Source: a virus
Taxonomy: Duplodnaviria; Caudoviricetes
IMG/VR virus record: IMGVR_UViG_3300050133_000102
Span: 1 to 52,571 of that record
Direction: 5' to 3' (one strand)
Length of the DNA stretch: 52,571 nucleotides
Of this stretch, positions 1 through 10,400 are shown piece after piece. The position numbers and the translations under genes were made by a program. Under the pieces are notes generated by a model. It searched no databases. It had not been told where the DNA came from and was given only the letters and a program-made list of their open reading frames with translations. Position 1 is the first letter of the stretch. Every line of letters begins with the position of its first letter.

Positions 1-24
1 CATTTTTTTGATAAGCTCCAGCAT
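1..24 (-). CDS. 5' end of a gene running off the window (MLELIKKM...), probably a second DUF1048-like protein
   Basis: ATG at 24-22 preceded by AAGGAGG; N-terminus resembles that of the adjacent DUF1048-like gene. Confidence 0.45.
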
Positions 25-26
25 CG

Positions 27-411
27 TTATTGCCCCTCCTTATTAAATTTTTCCATAACCTCTTTGTTTAGTTTTTCCCGCAGCTTTTCAGTATTTTCAG
101 TATAGGTAACCGACGCACGCAGAAACTCATCACAAAACCCGCCGACGTCGCTGCCTATGACGTCAAGAACCTGCTTGCCATCCGCAGCTTGTTTCAAACA
201 AATCCACTAAGTCCGTAAATATCGTCAGGTCACCGTCAGGACCAACGCCATTAATAAGCATATAATGTTTAATTTTGCGAAGCACAAACCGATAATCTTT
301 CGGCAGGGCGTCAACCCGCTTCATAAATTGCTTATAGTTCCGTCTTATTTCCATGTTGCCTTCCGTGTCGCCTATTATCAATTTTATGAATTTTTTGATA
401 GCGTCAAGCAT
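27..411 (-). pseudogene. DUF1048-family protein, frameshifted
   Basis: ORF 411-163 reads ...RVDALPKDYRFV...DLVDLFETS then stops. A shifted frame continues AADGKQVLDVIGSDVGGFCDEFL...NKEGQ* to 27, the expected C-terminal half. Lies downstream of padR. Confidence 0.75.
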
Positions 412-412
412 T

Positions 413-745
413 TTACCGCTCCTCCTTTAATTGGGTGATTTTCAACGCGACAAATTCCCATTTTTCCCAGGACCTCCGCAGTTCCTCACGCCCCGCGTCG
501 TTGAGCGCGAAAAACTTTCGTGGCGGCCCCATGTCGGAGGGCTTTTTGGTGATCTCTACTAACTTGCTTTTTTCAAGCCGGATCAGGATGGTGTACACCG
601 TTCCCTCCACAACATCTGTGAAGCCGAGGGCGTTCAGCCGCCGCGTGATTTCGTAGCCGTAGGTTTCTTTGCGGCTTATAATTTCAAGGACGCAGCCCTC
701 AAGCACGCCTTTGAGCATTTCCGTTAGGTTTTCCAGCACAATCAC
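413..745 (-). CDS. padR: PadR-family transcriptional regulator
   Basis: LKGVLEGCVLEII...TYGYEI...EGTVYTILIRLEK...GPPRKFF winged-helix signature. Confidence 0.93.
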   Translation of the reverse strand: MIVLENLTEMLKGVLEGCVLEIISRKETYGYEITRRLNALGFTDVVEGTVYTILIRLEKSKLVEITKKPSDMGPPRKFFALNDAGREELRRSWEKWEFVALKITQLKEER

Positions 746-949
746 CCCTTGCTATTCTGTATGGCTGATATTCTGTATCACTTACTACCGCTATATAGTA
801 ACACATAGTAGCTGGCTTGTCAATGGCGATTGTTCTGATAATGAATTTCAACTAAAACGCAAAATGCTAACCAGACCAGCTAAGCAAAGTCAATCATTTT
901 TAAAAAAAAGATAGCAATGGGCGCCGCCCCCGGGCTTGTGACAAATGAA

Positions 950-1043
950 ATTGCACACCCCATTGCACACCCTCCCAATCTTTTAACGGCTTAGCCGTTG
1001 ATGGCGGCAAAAACAGATAGGGTTCAAGTCCTGTCTTTCCCCA
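950..1043. other. Possible attachment-site remnant (arm-like direct repeats plus degenerate tRNA 3'-end-like sequence)
   Basis: ATTGCACACCC at 950-960 and 962-972; palindrome AACGGC-tta-GCCGTT at 985-999; GGGTTCAAGTCC...CCA at 1020-1043. Confidence 0.3.
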
Positions 1044-1350
1044 AATGACTCCAGAGAAACCACTTATAAATGATAAAAGCCATTCCGCGAAACCGCTGGA
1101 ATGGCTTAAATACTGGGCTTTTGAGCAAATTAAAAACCACCTATCGACAGAATTTCTTCTATCAATAGATGGTAGTTAATATGAAAGTAAAGACCAATTT
1201 TGATACCAAATGCACACGGACGCTACCTTTCGTTAAAAGGTTCAGGAATAATTAAAAGATGCACCCCTATTTCAAGCTGGCTCTATGAAGTTCCAAACTT
1301 TGATACAAAGAAAAAAGCCCTCTCCAGTCATAAAAGGCTGAAAAAGGCTT

Positions 1351-1400
1351 AAAATAAAGGCTTCCGTGGTCAATTGCTGACTTCGGAAGTCCTGTTTTTC
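1351..1400 (-). terminator. Probable intrinsic (possibly bidirectional) terminator closing the leftward defence operon
   Basis: Stem GGCTTCCG (1359-1366) / CGGAAGTC (1384-1391) with an A-rich left flank and a T-rich right flank. Confidence 0.5.
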
Positions 1401-1588
1401 TTTATGCAGTTGTGTGATTTGCCGCCGTGGTTGAAGGGCAACTTACCCTCCTTTGGTAGCTGAAAGGCAATAATTAAAATGTACGGTAAAATTAAAAAGT
1501 TCACATGGCATAGAAGTAATCGGACCATTCCATGTGACTCTTCCTTTCGATGTTCGTAGTATCTTGATTATCACAGTAGAGTGCTGGA

Positions 1589-2119
1589 TTAATTACTTTC
1601 TTTTAGGACTATCGGATATACGGTGCTATTGAGCACAACAGATAGATGCCCATCCTCGGCTTCCAGTTTAATAGAGGCAAAATCACCATTGTAATCGTTA
1701 ATATTGCAAGCACACTCATAATCTATTGGTTCGCTTTCTGCCATCGTATCCGCCGCAATCTTACTTCTAAATAGCGCAAAATGAGCTCTTGTAACATAGT
1801 TCGTTATACAGCAGAGGCAATAAACCATGTTTTTATATATAGTAGCTGCTATGGCATAGGCACCATCGGATGCGTGTATAATTTTGCTTTCCAATGTATC
1901 CCATACAAATACCAACCCGCCTTGTCCGCTCGCCGTAAGCAAGAAGCCAACGATACAATCATCGATGACTTTCGCTGATCCACCTTCGAAATCACCTGCT
2001 GTTGCATATGACCAATACGGCAGCAGAGCAGAAAACGGGATGAAGTATTGCGCATTTTCTTTGATATACTCCAGAAAGATGTCTTTGTCCGCCACGAACT
2101 TCAAATGTTCAATACTCAT
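1589..2119 (-). CDS. Hypothetical protein (176 aa, beta-rich looking)
   Basis: ORF with GGAG RBS, 16 bp downstream of the desulfurase; no recognised motif. Confidence 0.7.
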   Translation of the reverse strand: MSIEHLKFVADKDIFLEYIKENAQYFIPFSALLPYWSYATAGDFEGGSAKVIDDCIVGFLLTASGQGGLVFVWDTLESKIIHASDGAYAIAATIYKNMVYCLCCITNYVTRAHFALFRSKIAADTMAESEPIDYECACNINDYNGDFASIKLEAEDGHLSVVLNSTVYPIVLKESN

Positions 2120-2135
2120 ATCCAGTCTCCAACTT

Positions 2136-3266
2136 CTATCGAATTATTTTAACCAGCGCTTCTGCAATGGAATCAACATCATCCGATGTATTGCTTTTTC
2201 CAAGTGAAATGCGAATTGTTCCCTTAGCAAGTTTCTCATCGAGATTGATAGCTTGAAGAACATGAGAAATATCCGTGTTTACACTATTACAAGCCGAACC
2301 GGTAGATATGCAGATTCCCATTAAGTCCATACGGTGAAGAATTGCTTCCCCATCCGCTCCGCCAAATGAAAGGCTTACGAATCCAGGCAGTGTTTTTTCA
2401 CCGCCATTGCGAACAAACGGAATATTCGACGCACAAAGAACCTTCAGCAACTGGTGTTCCAATGCTCGTGTGTGGACTATGTTGTCGCTGATGGCGGCAC
2501 AGTTATCTTTTAATGCGGTCGCCATTCCTACAATTGATGCAATGTTTTCTGTTCCCGCGCGATATTGGCTTTCCTGCGCACCCCCATCGGCATAGGACAT
2601 GATTTTCGTACCCTTGTGTATGTACAAAAAGCCGATTCCTTTGGGTCCATTGAATTTATGAGCCGATGCCGAAAGCATATCTACACCAAGCTTCTGAACA
2701 TCAATTTCGACGTGACCGACAGCTTGCACCGCATCTGTATGAAATAGCGCACCATGAGAGTGAGCCACATCGCAGAGTTCCTTAATCGGCTGTATAGTCC
2801 CAATCTCGTTATTGGCATACATAACAGACACGAGACGTGTCGTATTCGAAATCATCCCAATGAGTGCCTCGACTGTTATAATGCCATCCGCAGTCGGCAT
2901 AAGGTAGGCTACTGGATATCCAAGCCGTTCTACGGCTGCACAGGAATGTAGGAGCGCATGATGCTCAAATGCTGATGTAATCATTGCTCTCTTGTCAGTG
3001 TCAGCAAAAGCCGAGCCCTTTATGGCCCAGTTATCGCTTTCTGTTCCGCCGGAAGTGAAGAAAATCTCCTCTGGCATAGCATTGATGCTTTCGGCAATAC
3101 CTTCTCTCGCGTCAGAGAGGGCTTTCTTCGGCTTTCTTGCAAATGAGTATGGCTGTGAAGCATTGCCATACTCATCAAGTAGCCACGGCATCATTGCATC
3201 AAAAGCGGCTTTATTCAATTGTGTCGTTGCCGCATTATCGGCATAGATTAGCTGCTTCATACTCAT
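2136..3266 (-). CDS. iscS: Cysteine desulfurase (IscS/NifS class; DndA/SspA-equivalent)
   Basis: IYADNAATT, FTSGGTESDN, HTDAVQA, SAHKFNGPKGIG (PLP lysine), STGSAC (catalytic Cys). Confidence 0.95.
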   Translation of the reverse strand: MSMKQLIYADNAATTQLNKAAFDAMMPWLLDEYGNASQPYSFARKPKKALSDAREGIAESINAMPEEIFFTSGGTESDNWAIKGSAFADTDKRAMITSAFEHHALLHSCAAVERLGYPVAYLMPTADGIITVEALIGMISNTTRLVSVMYANNEIGTIQPIKELCDVAHSHGALFHTDAVQAVGHVEIDVQKLGVDMLSASAHKFNGPKGIGFLYIHKGTKIMSYADGGAQESQYRAGTENIASIVGMATALKDNCAAISDNIVHTRALEHQLLKVLCASNIPFVRNGGEKTLPGFVSLSFGGADGEAILHRMDLMGICISTGSACNSVNTDISHVLQAINLDEKLAKGTIRISLGKSNTSDDVDSIAEALVKIIR

Positions 3267-4834
3267 TATTCCTTATACTGCACATCTGGTATTGTGCTTT
3301 TCCCGGGAACATCAAATTCCTTGGGATCAACGATGCACAGTTGCCTTTTAATTATTGCTCGCATTTCCTTTGCAGGGTTTAAGCAATATTTGATAAACTC
3401 ATCTGGCGCAATGTCTTCTTTGTGTTGGGCATTCGGGTATAATAGCTTAACAAAGGCGGTACAAAGCCTTTTTATTGCCGTCATATCACGCGTATCTGCC
3501 TTTGGAGGCACATCGATACAGGCATCGACGAGCGCTGCATATGAAAGCTCGTCGCGCATAGCGTGGAGAACCTCTGCAAAGTATTCGGTATTAATTGCCC
3601 ATCCGTTTGCAATCAAGTCTTGATTTAAGCGGGGAATTTTCCATCCGGGGATAAAGCCGTGAAATCTATCCAGAGTGGCAGATTCGCCAAAGACCTCGCT
3701 GATGTTTTCAACCATGTTCTGATTGATGTCAAATTTACCGGCGTCAATATTTCCAAGGACGATTACACCAGCATCCGTAGCCATCTGTGCGTCAAAGCCC
3801 TTTATCTCGCCAAACTCCATATAGTGTTTCAGCGCCTGCTGGATTTGCCCCGGCTGATCAAAAGTAATCGACTGTACTTCATCAAATCCGACATAATCGA
3901 ATCTGGTTAAAAGACCGCCTACTTTTTTCGCATTGTCATAAATCAACGTTGCGCGGGAAACCGTGCCGCCACTAATCAGCCAACCGCGTTTACTGATTTT
4001 TTCGTATATATAGCTCTTTCCCGTTCCTTTAGGTGCAAGTTCGATGAGATTGATTCTTTTCTCTACAAAAGGTAACAACCTTCTTAGGAAGAACAGCTTC
4101 GGTTCCTCACTAATTTCACCCGTTTCTGAGTCGACATATCCTGCTGGGTTATAGTCCACAGCAGAAATGATTACATCAATCCATTCGTGAATATCAAAGT
4201 TTTTCCTCGCTTCTTTATAAAAATTGAGGTCAACTCTGTATGGGCAAAACGGTTTGTACCCGCTTAGGTATATTTCGTTGGGCTTGTAACTGGGTTTGTC
4301 GTCCTCTTCCTCATTATGCTTAGACGATTTCCCGAACAGCTTATCATAGAATTTTGTCGGAGCGTGAGAGCCGTTATTAAAGTCGTCATCAAGGCTAAGC
4401 GTGCTTCCGAGGGCTAATTCAATGATTCCCCAGTTCTCGCTTTCTTTCAGCAACACATCGGCATATTGCTCTAATACTTCATCTGAGACTATGCCGGAAG
4501 CGCCGCCACGGGCACCTCCGAAATCTGGGAGTTCAAATTGAACGACGCTTTTTTTCAAGTTCACTTCCAGACGCACTCGGGCAAGCAGCTTTTCTGTGCT
4601 GCCCTGCATAAGACGGTATTTAATCACCTGATATGCATCTCGGTCGGGAATGAACTTTTTGATATAAGATAGCGTTCCATCATAGTCAATGTTCCCCTGA
4701 TTGTCAGAGAACTTCATTACAAGCCAATCACGCATATATGAAGGCAGACTCAGATTAGAAAAGAACTCAGACCGTTTAGGCTCTTTGAGAACAACCATAT
4801 CCGAGAATACCTGTTTTACTTTTTCTTCAAGCAT
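3266..4834 (-). CDS. brxL: BrxL-like AAA+/MCM-type ATPase, no Lon protease domain (522 aa)
   Basis: RRLLPFVE-RINLIELAPKGTGKS (Walker A), VGFDEVQ (Walker B), LDRFHGFIPGWKIPR, DTRD; start placed at ATG 4834 after AAGGAGG. Confidence 0.85.
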   Translation of the reverse strand: MLEEKVKQVFSDMVVLKEPKRSEFFSNLSLPSYMRDWLVMKFSDNQGNIDYDGTLSYIKKFIPDRDAYQVIKYRLMQGSTEKLLARVRLEVNLKKSVVQFELPDFGGARGGASGIVSDEVLEQYADVLLKESENWGIIELALGSTLSLDDDFNNGSHAPTKFYDKLFGKSSKHNEEEDDKPSYKPNEIYLSGYKPFCPYRVDLNFYKEARKNFDIHEWIDVIISAVDYNPAGYVDSETGEISEEPKLFFLRRLLPFVEKRINLIELAPKGTGKSYIYEKISKRGWLISGGTVSRATLIYDNAKKVGGLLTRFDYVGFDEVQSITFDQPGQIQQALKHYMEFGEIKGFDAQMATDAGVIVLGNIDAGKFDINQNMVENISEVFGESATLDRFHGFIPGWKIPRLNQDLIANGWAINTEYFAEVLHAMRDELSYAALVDACIDVPPKADTRDMTAIKRLCTAFVKLLYPNAQHKEDIAPDEFIKYCLNPAKEMRAIIKRQLCIVDPKEFDVPGKSTIPDVQYKE

Positions 4835-4847
4835 TTTGCTACCTCCT

Positions 4848-5051
4848 TCAGATAAATAATGTACACCCTTGCTCTTTAAATTCATCAATTTTGATTTTCA
4901 AGTCTGCAACGTCGCAGCTGAATGACTCGCTCATACATTCCAGACATTGAAACTTCTGAACATCAGGTGAGATCAATTTCTTATTGAGCGCAACTTCGTC
5001 CTTTGTCAACAGCCTGCCGCAGTCTCGACATTTTTTAGCTTGTGGTTTCAT
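4848..5051 (-). CDS. Small zinc-finger protein (CxxC...CxxC, C-terminal GCxLF)
   Basis: CRDC...DEVALNKKL...FQCLEC...EFKEQGCTLF; GGAG RBS; fills the gap between pglZ and brxL. Confidence 0.8.
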   Translation of the reverse strand: MKPQAKKCRDCGRLLTKDEVALNKKLISPDVQKFQCLECMSESFSCDVADLKIKIDEFKEQGCTLFI

Positions 5052-5059
5052 AATAGCTC

Positions 5060-7408
5060 CTATAAATCGTCATCGACAACCAGCCCTTTTCTTTTCACAT
5101 GAATGGTTTCCGTCTCAGCTGTGAAGATGTTGTTCAAATATATGCGAACAGAGTAGCTTTGGTCGAGACTAAGTCCTGAAATAAGGACGTTCCAATTGTC
5201 TCCCTCTGTTGCATGAGCCTGTAATTGATTACCGTTAATTTCTACCGTTACGCTCTTTACCGAGCCTTTGGCTGTGATGGTTAAAACAGCGTCGCCATTA
5301 CCATCAAGATGAACTTCCGATGACGCCAAATCATATGAAAAATTAACACTGGCTTTTACTTTTTTCTGACCAAGCTTCTTGAAGTGTATAATTGGAACCA
5401 GAATTTCTTCTGGCGAAGCACCTCCATGTAATTCTCCGGGCGCATTACCAGAAATCGTAAAATGGTTATGCGTTTTAAACGCTATGACGGCTCCTTCTTT
5501 TACGGTATTTGTTATCGATGGCATCTTGCTATCTGATGGCATTTCACAATATCGTCCGAGGTTGTATACGGTTGCCGACGATGGCGAGTTAATTCCCTCT
5601 GTTTTATGAAAGCCTTTTGCTGCCATTCTGCTCATGCCGTGGTCTGCGGTAACAACAATATCTTTGTCGGGATGTTTTGCAGCTGCTTGGCAGATAATAT
5701 CAGCAATCTTGTCCATCATTTCAAACTGTTTCGCTATTATTGAATCATAATTGCAATCGCTTTTATCCTTGATGTGACTCAGTGAATCCAAGGCATCAAA
5801 CTTCTTTTCCGAAATAGTGGCAGGGTCGGCTTTTTCCATATTAACAGGCGTTACTGTTGGTAGCACGGCCGTTCCGATATCGACAAATGGATTCACCAAC
5901 GCTGAATTTTGCCGCTTTACCTTGGCAAGTAACATGTCTATCCACTCAATTCCCATGCCATCTATCCACAGGAAGTACGCATCACCTGACCCTTTTAGTG
6001 AAAACAGGATTTGACCCCTTGTTTTGTAATCATAGGGGTTAATTTCGCCTGCCATGTTTGAAAACGAAAGGCTGAAGCGGTCTGCAACCTTGTTAATCTT
6101 ATACTGAGAAATATATTCGGACAGTTCTGTCTCCAGATGTTCCGGCTCGGATAAATAGAGCACAAGGTCTGGATATTTTTCTTTAAGGATTGTCTTAAAA
6201 TCGCTGGGTTGCTTTCCTTCTGATAATGACTGTGACAGCAACTCGATTATTTTTGTCCGTTCATCATGCGTTTTCCCTGTAAGAATTTTTATTTTAATTC
6301 TGGCATCTGATAAACAATCATATCTCGCCCAGAATTCTTGGCTCAATTCATCGATGTCGAGGGAGTTAAGGGCGTCTTTTCTCTGCTCAAGCCATTCATC
6401 AAAATTTGTATTATCAGTGCAACTTAGGATAGCGCACTCAAGAGAGAGGGGGACTGTGTCAGCAGTGCTTGCCTTGGATAAAGCAAACGAAATATAATCA
6501 CTCTTTTGATTAAGCCCAAGCGTATACCACAGGTAAAAAAGCCATTTTTTGCTTGAATCGAATGTGTTCCAATTGCTGAGAATTTGATATGGATCGAATG
6601 TTACACGGTTAAGTGCTCTCGTTACAAGGCTTTCAAGCGTTCCATTAGCAGTTGGAACACACGGAACAAGAGATGTCCACTGTTCATCAGTGCCCAACTC
6701 TTTTATTAACTTTGCGTTGTTCTCCTTGAGAGAACTGCAAATATATGAAAATGGGTCGGTAACAATAGAAAGAGCATAATCACCGCTGGACTGCGACAAC
6801 TGCTTTATTTGTCGGGTCGCAAATGACATGCCCGACTTTATTTTTTTGTCATCCCATAGCTGCAACCACGATTTCAGCCCGTTCGCATTGACAATTCCGG
6901 GTTGGCTTGCGAACGCTTTTGAGTATGCCAGTGCGGAAAAGTCCGAGGGTGCCTCATCAATTTCAAAAAGAGCGTTTCCAAACCGTTCCTCATCCAATGT
7001 TCCCACAATTAATTGGAATAATCCCTTGGCGGCAAAAATGGGTATCCAGACTCTTTTCTTTGAATGCACATGCCGGTTCAGAATGGAGTACAGGCATGCA
7101 GAGTTCCGCTCGGTGACTTCACCGACACGCAAGTATTCTCCAAGGTGTGGGAGAAGTATATTGTTGTCCTTATGCTGATCCAAGTAATCGATGAGTGCTT
7201 TTAAGTCAGGTACGGTATCTTCGCCTTTGCAGAACATATCATCAGAAAGACGAACAACAATGTCCGCCTTGTCAGACAAGGCAGCTATCAGTGTATAGTA
7301 TGTCTTCAAGTTATTCACGAAGAACACACGCGCAACAAGCCGACTTTCTGCGTTATCGGTCGCTATTCCAGTCATCAGTTCTGGTAATGAAATCTGTTTT
7401 ATTAACAC
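5060..7408 (-). CDS. pglZ: BREX (type 4) PglZ alkaline-phosphatase-superfamily protein
   Basis: WIDGMGIEW, LPTVT, VVTADHG, HGGASPEEILVP motifs; GTG start with AAGGAGG. Confidence 0.9.
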   Translation of the reverse strand: MLIKQISLPELMTGIATDNAESRLVARVFFVNNLKTYYTLIAALSDKADIVVRLSDDMFCKGEDTVPDLKALIDYLDQHKDNNILLPHLGEYLRVGEVTERNSACLYSILNRHVHSKKRVWIPIFAAKGLFQLIVGTLDEERFGNALFEIDEAPSDFSALAYSKAFASQPGIVNANGLKSWLQLWDDKKIKSGMSFATRQIKQLSQSSGDYALSIVTDPFSYICSSLKENNAKLIKELGTDEQWTSLVPCVPTANGTLESLVTRALNRVTFDPYQILSNWNTFDSSKKWLFYLWYTLGLNQKSDYISFALSKASTADTVPLSLECAILSCTDNTNFDEWLEQRKDALNSLDIDELSQEFWARYDCLSDARIKIKILTGKTHDERTKIIELLSQSLSEGKQPSDFKTILKEKYPDLVLYLSEPEHLETELSEYISQYKINKVADRFSLSFSNMAGEINPYDYKTRGQILFSLKGSGDAYFLWIDGMGIEWIDMLLAKVKRQNSALVNPFVDIGTAVLPTVTPVNMEKADPATISEKKFDALDSLSHIKDKSDCNYDSIIAKQFEMMDKIADIICQAAAKHPDKDIVVTADHGMSRMAAKGFHKTEGINSPSSATVYNLGRYCEMPSDSKMPSITNTVKEGAVIAFKTHNHFTISGNAPGELHGGASPEEILVPIIHFKKLGQKKVKASVNFSYDLASSEVHLDGNGDAVLTITAKGSVKSVTVEINGNQLQAHATEGDNWNVLISGLSLDQSYSVRIYLNNIFTAETETIHVKRKGLVVDDDL

Positions 7409-7428
7409 GGATATGCCTCCTTCCGCTA

Positions 7429-10400
7429 TTAGTCCTCATCAAGAAGGAACAGACAAGCTTCTGCACTCGAATCAAGTAGCTTAATCAGTTTAGCTCTCAA
7501 CTGTTCTTCTGTCATTTTTGCTGCCTTTTTCTTGGCATTACCACTCACTTCGTCTCTAAGCCCTATCGTGATGAATTGCTCGGTGATTTTTCTAATGGCA
7601 ACAACAGAGTTATTCCACGATGAATAATCCCTGTATCCGCTGTCCTGAATCTTTATTTTGAGCTCATCAATATGCGGTAAAAGGAGATTATAGTATTTCT
7701 CCGATGCAACATTTACGATGAAACATCTGTCGATTTCATTTTTATCCTTCAAAACGGCAAAATCTGTTTCTGTGATAGAACTCAAAGCATTTTCCAATCG
7801 AATGGAATCAATTCGCTCGTTGCGACTGAGCGCAGAAACCACAGAGAAAATAAATGTGCAATTGGGCATTACCCAAGCAACGGGCATCATGTATGTTTGC
7901 GCCCATTCTGCAACGCCTGCTGTGTCTGTCTTTGCCAGCCAAATGGCAAGCAGAGAATTCGCCTGCTTTGTGTATGCTAAATCGTTGATTTTATTGAGGA
8001 TTGCGGTCTTGAAACTGTGTTCTGTTTGGGAGTATGGCTCTTTCTGCAACGCTTTAAGGATATCGCTGCATTCTGCGTCTGAAAATGTGCCCATCCCATT
8101 TTTTGCGATATACGCTTTCAAAACATTCATTGGATGTGAGATATTTTCAATGGCATCCTTTGTGTACAGCTCCAATTCGCTGATGATTGCGGCCTTTTCT
8201 TCGCTCGAATATCCAATCCACTTGCCACTTGCGATATTATGTAAAGTAGCAACAGTCTTTGCCCAGTTATCAGGAAGACCGGCATACACGCAGCCCGGGA
8301 CACGAATATAGTCCAGATAATTCGACAGGGTTTCTTTGATTTTTTCTACGGATTCTGCCGTTCCATTAAGGGCAGAATTCACTACACCTACGAGCGTAAG
8401 GTCGATAGTCAGTTTTGCTGTTGCTTCAGCAACCTCACTTTCGCGCCATTGCCACTTTTCTTCTTCAAGAGCTTTGCTGAGCATGTTGAACAGCGTGTCT
8501 ATCGAGAAATTATATTTTTTACAGGCATTCTCTGCATCTGGAGCGGTTTTAAAAACAAAATTTTTCATGCCATTGGCGAGTTTTGACCTACCTTTAAACA
8601 GACCCGTAAATAGAGGCACGTACGCTTTTGCGCTAACTTTTACAAGGCTGACTATGTCTTCCATGACGGCTGTTTGGCTGCCAATCTCCAGAATGTATTC
8701 AACGTACTTATCCACGATTTCGCAGATTTCTGTTTTTATACCCGCGTAATCCATATCCTCAAGATATTTTAAAGCCCAGAATGGATAGCCGTTCTTTGTA
8801 ATGTGGATTTTTACATTTTTGCGGCAATCGTAAACGTCACCAATTTCTTCTGGGGTAAGTGCGAAAATTCTCCGTGTGATGTCTTTGAAGCGTTTCTCAA
8901 TATCGCTTTCGCTGGAGAGTTTCATGCCAGCGGATTTGCCGGAGAGCATGCTGACGACCATCGTCGGAATCGTATCTTCATCCAGCTTGTGCGCATTGTT
9001 GCCGTCATACCATGTAAATTTTCCAACATAGAAATGGAATGCAAAACCGAGAAGGTAGCAACACACACTGGTATCGTAGTAACCGAGTTTCTGCTGCATA
9101 TCGTCCCACAGGTCGGTGAGCAGCAATGTGCCGGAAGTTAATGCCTTATTGAGATATGTACACAACGAAGCCATGCTGCGACCGACCTTCGTTTCGGTCA
9201 TAGCCATGATATCTTCAATGGTTCCACAATCCCAGACGTTTTCATCATTATCGCGGAGAACATCAACGCAGTCCTGCCACTGCTGATTGAAATTCTTTTG
9301 CTTGTCATTTGCTGCGCTCTTGGTTTCAAGGGTGGTCTTAGACACACCATAGTAAGCCGGTGCCATAGCCGGTGACTTATAAAGCGTAATTTTACGAATG
9401 ATATTTTCAGGTGCCGCAGGGAAAAACCTGAAAACAATCTTTTCATAATTCGAGATAACATTTTTGTTTGTATAAACGTGCGCAGGCGTATCTCCATATA
9501 GAAGGTCCATATCTTTGCCAATAGCAGTGCTGACCCAGTTGCCGACAAGGTCAACAGCCTGAGTCTGATAGGAGTTCGCATTTACGGTATTTCCGGCTCT
9601 TTGTGCGAGGGAACCGTTGGCAACCAGCTCATACCAGCTCTGGAATATTTCCTCTGGCAAAGGATATCTCATCACGGTAACAAGAACACGATGTGTTTCA
9701 TCGTCCGCAATTAATCCAGAAATGGTCGTTTTAATCTTATCGCTTTCTTCGACAGATGGTACTGCCACAATCAGTAAGCCGAACTTATGGTGCGTTTTTT
9801 CTACGGCTTTTTTCAACTCCCCGAATTTGAAGTTGAGTTGCTGCGTTGTTCCCCAACAGGTATCAATAATCAGGCGCTTGACAACAGCTTTTTCATCCGG
9901 TACGAATTGCTTTTTTAGAATTGAGCCGAAACAAGAGTCCGTACCGAGCAGTTTTGCGGGTGAATTGTCCTTTTTGACTTTTTCAATTTCTGCATCAAGC
10001 TCTCCACCGGTGCTGGAATACGGAAGCTCGATTCTCGAACCCTCATGGAGGTCGGGTGCCAAAACAAGAACATTCAGAGGATCGGAGCTGAGCGAATGCA
10101 GGTAGCTTTTCACTGAATCCTTGTCCATTATGCCGGAAAAACAGTCGCAGAGGGTTTTCTCAGTTACTTGGATTCCCTTGCTGCCTCTGGTTTTCTTCAA
10201 GCTATGCCCTGTACCAATGGTGGCAAGCAATAGCATTGCAGCTTTAAAAACGCGAAGCGCACGGTCGTCGCTGATGAGATTTTTAACCTTGCTGTAGTGC
10301 TTGAGAGCATCCTCGGCGGTTTTAGTCAGGTCTTTTTTACCGCCAAGATTGTTTACGAAGAAGTAATCCCACAAGTAGTCAGGGGTTACCCATTTCCAGT

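Noticed and set aside
1013-1043. tRNA gene
   Set aside because: Only a T-loop-like word with an imperfect stem; no D-arm, anticodon arm or acceptor stem can be built.
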